A stretch of 63,589 nucleotides of DNA, filler included, from Parasitella parasitica NRRL 2501 (Eukaryota; Fungi; Mucoromycota): the NCBI GenBank assembly GCA_025201805.1. It is 11 parts of 11 records of this genome, joined end to end, with 100 filler letters (N's around TTAATTAATTAA, not from the genome) between each part and the next. Parts side by side here need not be neighbours in the genome. Positions count along the whole stretch, not along the records: positions 36,724 to 54,848 come from MU619275.1; 10 more parts are not named here. The stretch is one strand, 5' to 3'. Every line of letters begins with the position of its first letter. Position 1 is the stretch's first letter. The notes beneath the pieces are model-generated. The model saw nothing but the letters and a program-made list of their open reading frames with translations. It was not told where the DNA came from and made no database searches. Both the position numbers and the translations under genes were made by a program. Shown in pieces: positions 37,276-50,528 of this stretch.

Positions 37276-38427
37276 TTGTATTGTTGTATGTATTTACAGA
37301 AAAACAAAAAAGAGAAAGAAAAAGATGTATTGTGTTCAAACCTTTCTGTAAAACAGCGTATTTATATATAATTTTTCTTGTGCAAATTCAATATGATAAA
37401 AATAGCATTTTTATTTTTATATTTCTATTGGGAAAGCAGAGCTTATTCGTACTTGGTCTCACGTGGCTAAACACACTATTACCTTAGTTGCTTACAATAC
37501 GCGATACTCATCACTTTCTTTGTCTTATTGGAAGCCAATTTGAGTTAAGCTTGTATGTAAAAATAGCTTCGTTCTTTTGGTCCAGAACGAAAAAAGACTC
37601 GTCTGTTAACGATTCCTCTCTTTCTTTTTCATTGTCTTTCTTATATTATGAAAATATACATAGTAGTCATTGAAGGTTTATAACGACCATTGTCACGATA
37701 AATTAATTAACAATTTCCAATACAAAGTATTAATTGCTATTAGCAAACAGCTTGGCATATAGACTTTATAGATTTGTGCTCGGAGTGTGTTTCATAATGG
37801 AAACATTGGATGTTGCCTTACTTGTATAAAGAAGGCTACCGCAAGAGGTCCATACAGGAAATAGTGTACAAACTTTCTAATATCGTCTTGATTATGTCGA
37901 ACATATTTATATATAGTAGGTTAAACTTTTATGGAAATTTATGACAGGGAGTGTCCAGCAATTATTTTAATTGTCATTTTACCATAGAAATAAAGGAATC
38001 CTCTCCTTTGTTGGCAAAAACATACATTGTCATCGTGTTTTCAAATTCGATGCGTCCTTAAAAACAAGCATTTTTAAGGTATTTTCACGATTCGAATTAT
38101 CCATGTTAAACAAGAGCTTAATGATTGTATATATATATATATGCGCATGTATATCAAAACTGTGGCAGCCTTTCTTATTTTTAATCAACTAAACAATAGA
38201 CTAGCTAATCTCACATTTGTTAAGGAGTATATATATATATTATGCGAACCTTTTATTCGTAGTTTCTCATGACATTTTCTAGCTCTAAAATGCAATATTT
38301 CATCTATTTTTGAAATTTCTATTCAATTGTCAGTTTCTTGGTTACTTGATGAATAGTAGAAAGAATCGGTTTTGTTTTTATTTCGATAGTAGTATATATA
38401 CACAAAAAGAAGGGAGTAAGATCATTG

Positions 38428-40898
38428 TTATTGATTTTGATGGTGTTGTAATGAGCCTTTTACGAATTCTTGGATGTGAATCCGTTCATTTTCACGGATT
38501 GGACCAACGCGTTTCATCATTACCAACAACTGAGCAACGTAATTGTCGATGTCTGCTGAAGGGAGGAGACCAGATTGTAAGGGCACATTCATATTTGAGA
38601 GTATTTCAGTCACTGAGCGTTTGAATTCAATTAATTTTCGATTTTCTTCCCTCATTCGCATGAATTCTTCTTTTTCTCCAGCTGCCATGATTGGTTTTCT
38701 ATTGTTACTATTGTCCATTCTATTATTTAAAAAAAAAAAAAAAAGAGAATAATGAAAGGGGGGTGTTAAAGACTATTACCACACTATGAGATGGACTGTT
38801 GTTTTACATACCTTTTGCCATCGTTTTCAAAAAATGACGAAGAAATTGAATGAGGAGTCGTTGGTTGAGGGTGATGAAGGGGAGTGTTGGATGAATTGTT
38901 CCATCGCTGAGCACCAGCCCTGATATCATTTTGAATCTGTTACAACAATGAGTTGGTGTGTCCTGAATGGCAAAAAAAAAAAAAAAAAAATATATAAAGC
39001 ACAAACCTCGTCAATGTCCTTGATAATGCCGGGTCCGTTCTGCTTCTTAATGGGGGGAGTGCTAACAGGGCGAATACCAGCCCCTACATTCGATGCTAAT
39101 GCAGTTGATGAAGATGATGAGGTATTTGCAGGTGGGTTTGTAGTAGAAGTAGAGATATTATTATTCAGCAGATGCGCCTTGTTGGGTAACTTTTGCTTTG
39201 TGGGTGTTCCAGTGGGGAGTGGTGGTGTCACACTAGCGGGAGGTCTTTTGATCTCCTCAAATAGGCCTGTTGGTCTGGATGAGGTTGATGCTGATGATGC
39301 CGTCGATGCCGGCTCCAAGCCAGACTTCTTTCTCTTGGCCTCGATTCTTTCAGCATGCTTTGACGACATGGAAGAAAGAGATTTGTTACTGGTGGCATTG
39401 CCGCTATTTGCATTGCCGATGGTGGTTTTAGGCCTGCTTTTAGTGCCCATATCATCATCACTGTCATCTGAACTTTGATCTTGCCCAAATAACGAGTTTG
39501 GAGAAAGGCGTCTTTTCATGGGGATTTCTTTTTTCATTGAGGGCGAAAGTACGGAAGATGGCGAGCTGAGCCCCGAGGATGCAACAGAAGAAGACGATGT
39601 TTTGTTTCCTATGGCAAGCACCTTTTTGGTATGAGATTGTCCGTTGAAAGCGCTACTGCTTCCGCCACTGCTGCTGCTGCTCTCGTCATCCTCTTTGGGT
39701 TTGTCGCCTTCGTTGTTTTCCTTGATACTTTTTCCGTTACCACTCTTTTTCTTGTCTACTGCATCCATATCTTCATCTTCATCTTCCTCTTCCTCTTCAT
39801 CTTCATCTTCATCTTCGTCATCATCGTCATCATCATCGTCATCGTCATCATCATCTGCCCCTTCAAAATCATCGTCTTCGACTTCATCAGAGTCTTCTGA
39901 ATCAGAAATCTTTTTAGACTTGACAAGTCTCCTAGCCTTTTTCTTTTGCGGCGTTGATGAAGAAGCTCTTGATCTTGACGCTTTGCTTTTGTTTATCTTG
40001 ATCTCATGTTTGACGCATCTGACAGAAAAACTAGCAGGCACAGTAGCAGCGGGGGTTATAATGTTGTTGTTGATAGCACATGTTACGTGCCATCGTCTAT
40101 AATGATTTATAAGCACTGTTAGTGAAAGGCATACAAGTCTTGTAAGTTTTACATACTCGGCGCAGCCAGGCTCCTCACATTTGATGCATATTCCAACTTT
40201 CTTATGGCAGAAGCCACAGGCCTACAGATGCACAAAGAATGTATGATGAGCGACTCTATATCAACTTGTCTTCATCACTCAATGAACTTACATGCTTATT
40301 CAGTTGATTTTCAGGCACAGGATATGGCTCTAAAGCATTGTCAATATCCTTGTTCCAAAGGGCGCACACAATGTGCATGTATTTGTCTGGTAATTCGGTT
40401 TTCTTGACAGCTCCCGTTTGCACTGAACAGCAAACAATATTCTACGCAGGAGATGAGTCTCCGCGTAATGAATCAGCTTGAATGTACGCTTACCGTTGCT
40501 TTCTTTTTCTTCTTATTTTCACAACGTTGACAAAACCAATCGCCTTCAGGCACTTGTTTCAAGCCATAACAGCCTACGCGAGCGCGAATAAGTAATTCCA
40601 TAAAGATCCAATTGAAATTAAAGAAATCCACGACAACTTACGCTTGTGAACTGGCATATTACAGCCTATAGAAACATTATCATGAGACACATGTAGGTTT
40701 CTTTTGGGTAGCTGTACATGCTTCTTACCTTTGCCATCACAGAAAATGATGGGATTTTTGCTAGGGGAGCTATCACCTTCACAAACGTTACAGGCATCTT
40801 GCTATGATGTTACATGTAACATTTTTTATTTTCAGTACTCGACTGCATGCAAGCTTATAAGGTTTTTTTTTTTTTTTTACCTCATCTTCCGAGGACAT
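38428..40898 (-). CDS. PHD + extended PHD (PZP) chromatin protein, AF10/BRPF-like, with acidic tract and C-terminal coiled coil
   Basis: ACNVCEG..NPIIFCDG..CNMPVH..CYGL..VPEGDWFCQRC; HIVCALW; GICIKCEEPGC..WHVTCA; many small introns. Confidence 0.8.
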
Positions 40899-41451
40899 GG
40901 TATGACGTTTTTGATTAATATAACAAGTCTAGTATACAGATTTGTTATTGATTTTTTCTTTAGGTTAATCAATTCATTGTTATGCTGAAAATGTGTTACC
41001 TGTTTGCTGCTTGTGCTTTATTCTATTAATTTTAGGTGACCGCCTTTCTATGTTTATGGAATAGGATTCCTGTGCTTTGCTTGCTTGTTTCCTTTTATGT
41101 TTTAGGGAAGCGTATGCGTGAAATAATATGTAAATAATCAATTTCTCCTGTCCAATGCGTAAAGACCTGGAAATATTGAATTTGTCGATTTTGAATCAAA
41201 AANNNNNNNNNNNNNNNNNNNNNNNNNNNNNNNNNNNNNNNNNNNNNNNNNNNNNNNNNNNNNNNNNNNNNNNNNNNNNNNNNNNNNNNNNNNNNNNNNN
41301 NNNNNNNNNNNNNNNNNNNNNNNNNNNNNNNNNNNNNAAAGAAAAGAGAAACAAATTATCATCCAAAGGTGGCGCTCGCTTTCATTTCCTTCTTCCTTTG
41401 GCATTTCGTTGAAAGGCCGAAGGTTCTATCAATTCAATGGTTTCGCTCCAG

Positions 41452-44145
41452 TCACACGGCATTGGCTGTGACGTACGGGTCTTGCTGATTGATCTGTGCC
41501 TCCATGATGGAAGCAACTTGGTCTAGCACTGAACAAGACAAAGGTATGGAAAAGTACGAGGGAGAAGATGGACAAAGAGTTGGGAGGTTTGGAAAGAACG
41601 GGAAGTGGTCTAATTCAGAGGCAAAGTCATAGTTTTCTGCGGTGTAGTTCAGTATTGTATGGATTGATTGAACCAGAATGCGGAATTTGGTAAAGTTGAT
41701 CAGGCCATCTGGCTTTTTAGTAGGATTGCCATCCATAAGAAAGGTTAGATCCTTGAGAACGATGGGGAAAAAGGGGATACACGGCGCCTTGGCAGATTTT
41801 TTGAATGCGGCTCGATAATAGCTCATATTATTGCACACATTCAAGTATTTCAATAGGCTTTTGAAGGTCAAGATGTCTCGATTTGGCAGTTGTCTGCCGT
41901 CTTCAGTTCCACCGTTCATACCGCTGCTGTTACCATTGCTGCTACTACCACCACTGTTACCGCAGCCGCCCCCTTTAAATTCTTGCAACTGTGTCAGCCC
42001 CATTGTAATCACCATGCTCGTATGGAAGTTGTTCCAGTTTAAGCAGGTCTTTATATATAAGGGTATAATAGGTTAGTATGGAACTCGTGAGATTTAGGTA
42101 TATGCAAACCTTGGCAATTTCAATCATCTTGCGGATCACCACTTTTCTTTGTTTACTATGCATTTTATGTACAGATGTTTCCGTTAAAACCCATTTACTT
42201 AGTTTGTTGGCTCTGTCAGTCATCATTGCAATGTAGTTGACATTGGTCAGTGGTTGTTCAGATTGCCTTTTTTTCGAAGGATAGTACATGGCTAGATAAT
42301 CTTGGGCCGTGATGCATTTCAAAATGTAAAAATCTGCTAGTGTGAGATATTTTGCAATGTCCTTTGGATTCAGAGTTAAAAACGTATCTTGTTGCTGGTA
42401 CAGTTGCTGGTACAAGGGATATGTGGGCGTTGCTGGCGACGCTGGCGACGCTGGTGGTGTTGCATAGGATGCCATGGATAAAAGGCTGGGTGTAACTGAA
42501 GGCCTTCTCACAAGGACACCTGCATTGGATGCTGTGTTATTTTCAAACGAGCCCAAGGATTGTGATGCTTGAATAACAAATGAGCGTTCTGGTGTAGAGA
42601 ACTGACTTGACTGTATATGTGAGCTATTCATTAGTACTTTATGCGTGCTACGCTAAATGAAAACTTACTTGGCGATCCAGCGCTTCTTTGATCATGTCTG
42701 CCTCGATTGTGAAACCCGCACGATTTACATCGCCATTCAAGAATGCCTCTAAGCGCGTAACCAAAATGGGGTTCTTTTTGAAGTCGTGAAATTGCAATTT
42801 GATCCAACGTGAAATAATATTCAGCACCCTAATATGCTGCACATAAGGATCCCATTTAACTATATATGGCACATCAAAGAAGATCCACTTACTTGACCTG
42901 AATGCATCGCTGCCATTTCTTGAAATAGCTCTTTTCTCCCGGAAGCGCTTCCAAGTGAAATCTTGCCATCAAATTTTCCAGCAATTCAAAGGAATCAGTG
43001 AAATACAAATGGCTTAAAATGTATGTGTCTACATAATCCAAGTCTTGAGATGTTTCATCCGCCAATTTCATAAACAATCGCTCTAGAGTGCCTGCTAAAA
43101 CTTGCAGTTTATTAGACACCATTTCCATGACAAGCACATCTTGTCCATCTTCCGAAATATGCAGGATGCACCCTTCTTTGCCTTTTTCTTTAGCATGGCG
43201 AAGAATTTCGTCATCTTCATCACACGCAAAAATGTTATATAGCTTTTCTTTGTCCTTTTCCTTGTCGAGGAAGGGCGATTTTTTCAAGAGTTGCTTCTTT
43301 TTACTGTTGAACCATTGCGCTGAGGACGATGAGATCGAGGGTTTTAGTATCTGCAACAGATCGCTCTCAGAGCGATTGGATTTCATTGGCTTTTGTTGGA
43401 CAAAGACCGGCTGCGCATATTCTTTTTGTATGGATGTAGTGGTATGTACAATGGGTGCTGGGTTATTGCTGCTACCAGTTGAAGTGAAGCAACCAGAATC
43501 AGAGTTAGACAGCTCGTTTTTTGTTCGTATGTGCAAGTTTTTGGTATTGGGGCATTTTAATACTTGTACAGAGCTTCGCTGAATCGAATGGTCACGCTAC
43601 ATATCTTCATTAGATTGCTTACAATGATCCTGGTGCAAAAGATTTACCTCATTATGGGCATCGAACATATCTCTGACATGCGACGTCGTTTTTGCATTTT
43701 TGTTTACTTTTTTATGAAGTCCACCCATAAAAAACAATCGCATGCTGCCTTTATGTACATTTATGTCTTTTGGTGATTGTATCCATGGTCTTTCTTGATC
43801 AATCTTTTGCCTTGGCGATGTCAGATAGTCTTCATCGTCTTGCATTGGGGTTTTTCTCAGCGTAGAAATACTGCGAATGATTCGTTTTCCTGCCAAAATC
43901 AACATATTTTATTAGCTTAGCATTGAAATGAAAGTTAATGTAAAATTGTACCTGTATCAGTCATGTTGCTGTTGTTGCTGCTGCCGCTGTTGCCGTTGCT
44001 ATTATTGGCATGGTTACTTTTTATCTTGCCGCTACTACTATTTTTTAAGATGAACATGTTAATAAAAGTAGAAAGAAAGAGAAAAAGAGGAAGGGAATGT
44101 GTCTTCTATTATAATATCCCCTTCTCTTGTATAATGTATACATGT

Positions 44146-44202
<57 letters not shown>

Positions 44203-45100
44203 CTAAATGTACCTTTTGTTAGTCCTAACACGAGTTGTATGTTGCATTCCTCCCTGGTAGTAATGAGAGAAATCAAAACCATGTTGAGCTATATGATTGT
44301 TAAACTGCTGTAGCGATGGTATGGCTATGGTAATGTTTATGTGAGCCACATACCTGAGGGTTGCTGCTTTTGAGGTTTTTGCTGCTGTTCAAAAGCTTCA
44401 GGTGTCATTGTATCATGTGTCATTGTATCTGGTGTTGCAGGAGGTGTGATTAACTTTACTGATTGTCGCTTGTTGCTACTGACTTGCTTTTCGTTGATTA
44501 GAAACACAAATAACAGTGATTTCACCAGCTGATATAGACTTTGGAGGATAGCCAACTAGCATAAAGACACTTTAATAATCGTCCCCTTTACAATACCACT
44601 TTCAGATCCCTGAATCCTGTCCCCCCCCCTAACCTTTAAACTTTTTTCCATTATCAAGAATTTCATTCTTTGCACTGTATTCGTAAGTCGATTCACAGCC
44701 ACTAAAGTTTCAACTACTGTTGTCTCGTTTGTTTTAAATTTGGAGAGAATTACTTTGATAACAGAAGCTAATAAAGTCGATGCATTTATGATGGTTGTTA
44801 CATGATCCTTCGCTGCGTATTTGGTTTCGATATCTAACTTTGGTGTAAATATGAATAATATGTCTATGGTTGAATCAAATGTACGCCATAAGCAAATTTC
44901 TAGCTGTACTTGTTGTTCTTTGATTAGTTACGGTGTATAGTATATCAATAAAAAATTATACAATTACACTTTGGTTTCTTTTGAAGATAATAGACTCGAG
45001 TTGTTTGATGACTCGCTTAGTTTCGATAATATATTCCTCCTCTTCTGTTTCCTCCGCATCTTCTGATACAGCATTCGTATTTTCTATCATATGCATTTAT
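41452..45100 (-). CDS. Ras guanine-nucleotide exchange factor (REM + CDC25 domains), multi-exon; 5' end uncertain
   Basis: VLAGTLERLF..DYVDTYI (REM), VLNIISRWIKLQFHDF, IAKYLTLADF, WNNFHTSMVI.MGL, NNMSYYR, PCIPFFPIVLKDLTFLMDGNP, GLINFTKF. Upstream minus-strand exons at 44350-45100 have GT donors and probably belong to it. Confidence 0.82.
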
Positions 45101-47036
45101 CGATTTCCACGTATATATATATAGGAAAGAAAGAAATGGAAACAGTTCAAAAGAATAAAGAAATCAACAAAAAATAAATCAGTTTATTATACGCACTAAC
45201 AATAAATTGGCAGGAAAGCAGGAGTATCGTATAGAATGGTGTAATTTGCACTCACAAGGAGTAAATTTCTTGAACCATTATGTCAAAACTGCTGGTGTTT
45301 GGTCAACCAGGATTAGCTTTGTGTCACTCAAAACATCTCTCCTTATTTTATTTGGCTAGGTTGGAACTGTAAAGTGTTCAGATACGATGTACCTAAATGA
45401 AGTATTTGACGTCTGTGCAGACAACAGAACCTTTGTTTCTTTTTATTCTTCTATTTTTATTTCCCATCGGCACATTCGGTCGATCTAAATTCATCTACCT
45501 TTTCAAAAGATCAGAATTGCAATTTTCAAGTTACTGTCTCAATAACTACGACTTTAGACTTCTCAGTCGATGGATTTTGGTGTGTGGATTGCAATATCAC
45601 ACACCAACAAAGTAGTTCAAGTCCTCAGATGAGTTGCTGTGCTGATTGACATAATGTTTATACAAGTAACCTCTTTAATAAGTGTACTGCCTTTTGTCTA
45701 GTTGGTTCAAAAGTAGAATACCTCAAGTGAGCTATTCTTTACTGACGCAGGATCAAATTTTCTTAGCTCACTGATGCTATTTATGGGTAGAAACGGTAGC
45801 TGAAAAAATGTCATGATGCAACTAGCTGTTACAATGACAGCAGGTTCGATACGGATGCTTTCTTTTTGATTATTGCATTTTGGAACTGAGTCTCTAGGGC
45901 ATGTTTTAAAAGGAAACTTGTATGGTGGCTGAATATTTAAATATTTATCAAAAGCAATGGAAGTCTTCGCAGCCTTATACCACTCAAAACGCTTTCATAT
46001 ACCCTTTCACTAGCCGGCAATATACCATGAGGCTCAGGATCAGCCTTTTTCTCTTTATTTGTTATATGTTCTAGATACATTCTTTGTTTTTTAAGCGGGC
46101 CCAGCCTAGCTAGAATGCCTTTCTGCTGCTTTTTCTTACGATCTTCAATGTATGATATTAGAGTCTTACATCTATTTGACTCGGCCTCACTTTTGCCTTT
46201 TTCTGTACGCATTAAAGCGTCAGGAACAAGGAAAACTTAATTTTTTTTCGATGCAAGTGGACAGCTTGGGCCCGGTTATGGGATGTCAGATCACTGTATT
46301 CATCGTCTGGCTTTTCAGTTATGGTAATAGAGGAGACCGTAATTGACAAACTGTAATGTTGCAAATCAATAGACTCTAACTTTAAGAATCTCACCCTGGA
46401 GGCTTGAAGGATATTACTTGATAAAGAGATTTTGACAAGAATATTGCTGATCCAGGATAAGCCCCGCATACATGTATCAATAGAGTCTTGTAACTAAACA
46501 TCAGATTGGTAGTCTTCTTCAATGGCCTTGACACAATTTTAGATTGCAAATCATGACCTTTATCTACTTTTCTGGATCTTCTGGATTTTCTGTTATAAGT
46601 CCTTGATCCGCTGAATCGTTGGAGATGTCCCAAAAGTTTTTACAAGGCCTTCAGTAGAAACGGTATTGTTGTTCGAGCCCTCAAAGTCAAATGATTATTC
46701 AAACAACTAGAGTCTAGTATTTCGAAAGAAATCTATATATTATACTACCATATAATGAAATTAAGTTAGTATCTTTTCTACGGAATTTGGGTGCAAAGAT
46801 TGATTAAGTGTTTGGATGGATCAAGTACACATTTCAAACAATAACGTGGGTTAGCAAAACCTCAATTATATTATATGACATATTTATAAAAATAAACGCA
46901 CGCACAATCACACATTATAAGTTATGGGGAGTCAAACAGTGTTCACCATGAAGAGCATTTTTGTTTTATTAACGAGTTTCAGAGTATCATATTTACAGAG
47001 GTTATATTCCATAGTTGCTTGTGAGAGACTATATAT

Positions 47037-47258
47037 CTATTCCATAGGATTTGTTTTTCCATCTTGAGGTTTCTTTGCGCAATCTTGACCATGGTGATGA
47101 TCTCGTTGCAATGTTTCCTTGACATTATCTTTGATGTCAACTATTTTTTCCTTGATATTATGTAATGTCGAGTGGTTTGTGGCAGTATCGGTTGCAGTAG
47201 CTGTAGATCGAAGAGGGTCTGTAGATTTTGGAGGATAAGCTGTATTTAATGCTTCCAT
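47037..47258 (-). CDS. Small hydrophilic hypothetical protein
   Basis: 73-aa ORF with good start context (AACAATATGG) and a repeat-like IKEKIVDIKDNVKETL helix. Confidence 0.45.
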   Translation of the reverse strand: MEALNTAYPPKSTDPLRSTATATDTATNHSTLHNIKEKIVDIKDNVKETLQRDHHHGQDCAKKPQDGKTNPME

Positions 47259-47939
47259 ATTGTTAATATTATTTGAATTGGAGAAGTAAAGATAATAAAT
47301 TTATCGGGCAGGTATCTTTTAAATATGGAGCGCCGTGTAATACAAATGATATCATGTTGCCTTTTATAAAAGGGTTTATGATGTCATGGTAGATCTCTGT
47401 TTTATATTTTAGACACGAGCAACAAGACCAGGTATACTAAATGACGTATAGAAGCCTTTATCGAAATAATGTAGGAGTTTGTAGAAGTATTCAATGAGTT
47501 ACTGACTTAGTCCGACCATAAATATCTATCCTAGTATTCACAAGGATGTTCCATCACTGATAATTTTCAAAAAAAAAAAAAAAAAAAAATTGAACCTGCC
47601 AATACCTGGACGACGCCAAACTTGACATATACTTCATGCGCCCAATGTAACAATTACGTTTATAATGTTAAATCTCTCACTAATAGCTGTATATCAGAAA
47701 GAACAACCTTGATTGGACATGTCTAACATCAAACTCTGATATAAAAGTAAATTCGCTCGATTTATTGGTTACTGACCCCAAAATACGAGCCACAGCAACA
47801 ACCATGTTAGCCGCGATTTCTGCTAAAAGCCTATTTAAATGTAGCCTTTAGACTTCCACAGCGCTCATCTATTAAAAATAGAAATATATAAAGTGGGGAG
47901 ATGGCATTGAGCGTGTGAGCAAAAGAACAGTTACAGGAC

Positions 47940-48275
47940 ACTGTTAGCTTTCTAAAAACCACAAAGGATGAAATGGATCAGTATCCAAACATGAAAGGTC
48001 ACTACCTCGTGATGGGTAATGCCCCTATCCATACACCAGAAGACATAACTGAATACGTAGAACCTCGCGGCTACGGCTGTGTTTGCTTGCCTCCATATTC
48101 TCCTAAGCTCAATCCAATTGAACAATTCTGGTCAGTGGTCAAAAGCAAAATGAAACGCAGCAAGTTTCTCGAGAAGGAAATATTGATGGCTTGGATCACT
48201 GAAACTTCTAATAGCTTGAAACCAAGTAATTTTAAAGAGATTGTTAGGCATCTCATAGAAGCATGGAAGAGGGGC
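47940..48275 (+). pseudogene. Tc1/IS630-like transposase fragment
   Basis: YLVMGNAPIH (catalytic D lost)..GYGCVCLPPYSPKLNPIEQFWSVVK. Confidence 0.85.
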
Positions 48276-49149
48276 CTTACTGTCCTTACCGGTATGTCAA
48301 AATCAGTCAGTAAAACGAATCTGCCAAAGAGTTACACTTTTATTAGAAATACATCTTCTGGATAACGTGTATATGCACCAGCATTATGTGCTAACGTCAT
48401 AATGCACAATCGTAACTAAGGTTCACTATGTAGAGCATGCAGTGCAAATCCTTGTTTTACCAATGCACATTGGCTTTTGCCCCTTGATCTGGATATAAAC
48501 CCTATATAGCATGTTATTGATATATAACACTTACGGTTCTGTCCTAACCCAGAAGTTTATGTGGCATCAATTCCAGTGATTCTCTTGTAAAATTTGCCCA
48601 TCTTATTTTCGTCTTTGTGGTCATGGAAGCAGCTGTTTCAGGCATGTCAATTGAAAGCATCAGAGGAAATTCTTTTTTTTTTTTCTTATAATTCAGATAT
48701 AGACAATCTACTTACTCAAACTCTGCCATCAGAGTACATACCTGCAGGCGACAGACTTAGTTGTATGATCTTGAATCAAAAAGTCATTGATTTAATTTCC
48801 CATGATCCCAGTTGTTCGTACATGACAGCCGATGAGGACTGAAATGACACGAACTTACTGTCATTTTTGCTGCTTCTGAAAAAAAAGTTCAAGTAAATGA
48901 TAAAGGTCATGGTGATTGTGATAATATATATGAGGGTTTCTGATAACAAACCTTCTATTTCTGATAAAAGCTCAGAAGTTTCTTAGAGAAGAGAAATGTC
49001 TGCCTAAAAAGATTCTAAAGTAAGGATTTCCATCTTTAGAGTAAAAGAGTAATTGCTTTGTTTTACTCATGATGAAAATACAAAGAGAATGTGTTGTGAG
49101 TTAAGCTATCTACAACATATATTCAAGTTTAAGGCAATTTTTAAAAAAG

Positions 49150-49275
49150 GTTACGGTTATCTATTGGCAAACATCTGTGATTCTGAGTGTAAGTGTGTCT
49201 GTTGACTTTGGATCAAAAACTTTTAATTGGATTCAGGAACGGAGAGCAAGGTTGAAGATAAACACATTTATGCCC
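49150..49275 (-). pseudogene. Tc1/IS630-like transposase C-terminal fragment
   Basis: YLQPCSPFLNPIKSF*SKV..TLTLRITD resembles LPPYSPFLNPIEEFWSK..TLTLRILE of the 58774 transposase. Confidence 0.6.
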
Positions 49276-50528
49276 TTGGAATTTCATAAATTTCTATACA
49301 GATAATTTTTTTACGAATGGTGGCAGATTATTTTCTTTTCTCTGGCCTATTCTTATATCTTCAGTTGATCTGGCGGCTTCTAATGTAGACCGCCTTGTCA
49401 GAAAAGTACCAAGCTGGGCTGGTATATCCAGTTGCACAGTAGAACAGCTAGTCAAACCTGTGCCATCTTTTCCATAATATTGGAATGGTTTAAAAGTGTG
49501 CATCTCTTTAAAGCCAGCGTAGATTTTAGGCTTCTGATTTTTTTTTTGGATGATATCTCTGTAAAGTAAACCTACGGTATCTACGGCACTGAACCTATTT
49601 GCTTTCCACATTTTGAAGGCAGGGATAGATCCAGCAATTTTCATAAGATGGTGTCCCTTACAATAAGAATTAAATTGCGGAAACCAGGCTCTTACATGAC
49701 AATAACACCAGAAGAAATTGCTTTGCAATCCATGCTAGAAAATGGCTTGTTTATATATCTTTGTTACATCTTGCTCATTAAGCTTCTGGGTGAGTTACTT
49801 CTTTGTGTTTCGATCCTTTAATTTCACCTCGCCTATTGGTGTTGTCGTTTGTTTCATCAAAATTCTTTGTGGTTCCATTCAGAGTTATATGAATGGTATT
49901 CAACAATGACAGTACCCCTCTTTGTGTTCATGTTGCACAAAATAAGTGTATTGCATGGAGCAGTAATAATGATACCAGTAATGTCCAACAATCCAATTCT
50001 GTCAGAAGCAATGCAAAGAATAAAAAAAAAAATAAAAAAAAATAGAAAGCAACCCTGAAATGAGGAATTCACCAACTGGAAACATTTTGAAAATCCAAAT
50101 CAGGACGCCATTGTATCTTCTGATCTTTAAGATATTATATGGAAGAAACAATTGATCATGTGCGGCATGAAGTACCGTCGCCCGTTTTGTTTTTTCCCAT
50201 GTGTACCTAGTTCGCAATCAAATTGGCCATTGCTTCACCTACTCTTGATGTTCGATATAAAAGAAGAAGGCTATAAATCAGCTAACTTTCAATAAACGAT
50301 GCCCAGGACAATACACCAAAGTATAAACCATGACTTTTCTCAAAGAGACAATAACTCATTGTTCTCATACTATAATGGCGCTTTTGCGAACGGTCTTTGT
50401 ACTATTATACTGCTCTGGTTCTTTGTTTTAAAATACAATAAGGTTTACTAATATTGAAGATGGGGATCTAATATAAATGCTCCCTTTCATAAGCTCAGAT
50501 TGATGAAATACATCTCTTTTATCACAAC

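Noticed and set aside
39631-40102. Plus-strand poly-Ser and hydrophobic ORFs
   Set aside because: Antisense shadows of the Asp/Glu tract in the PHD protein.
43963-44313. Poly-Phe/Leu ORF
   Set aside because: Produced by an intronic poly-T tract and the antisense of an Asn/Ser-rich RasGEF exon.
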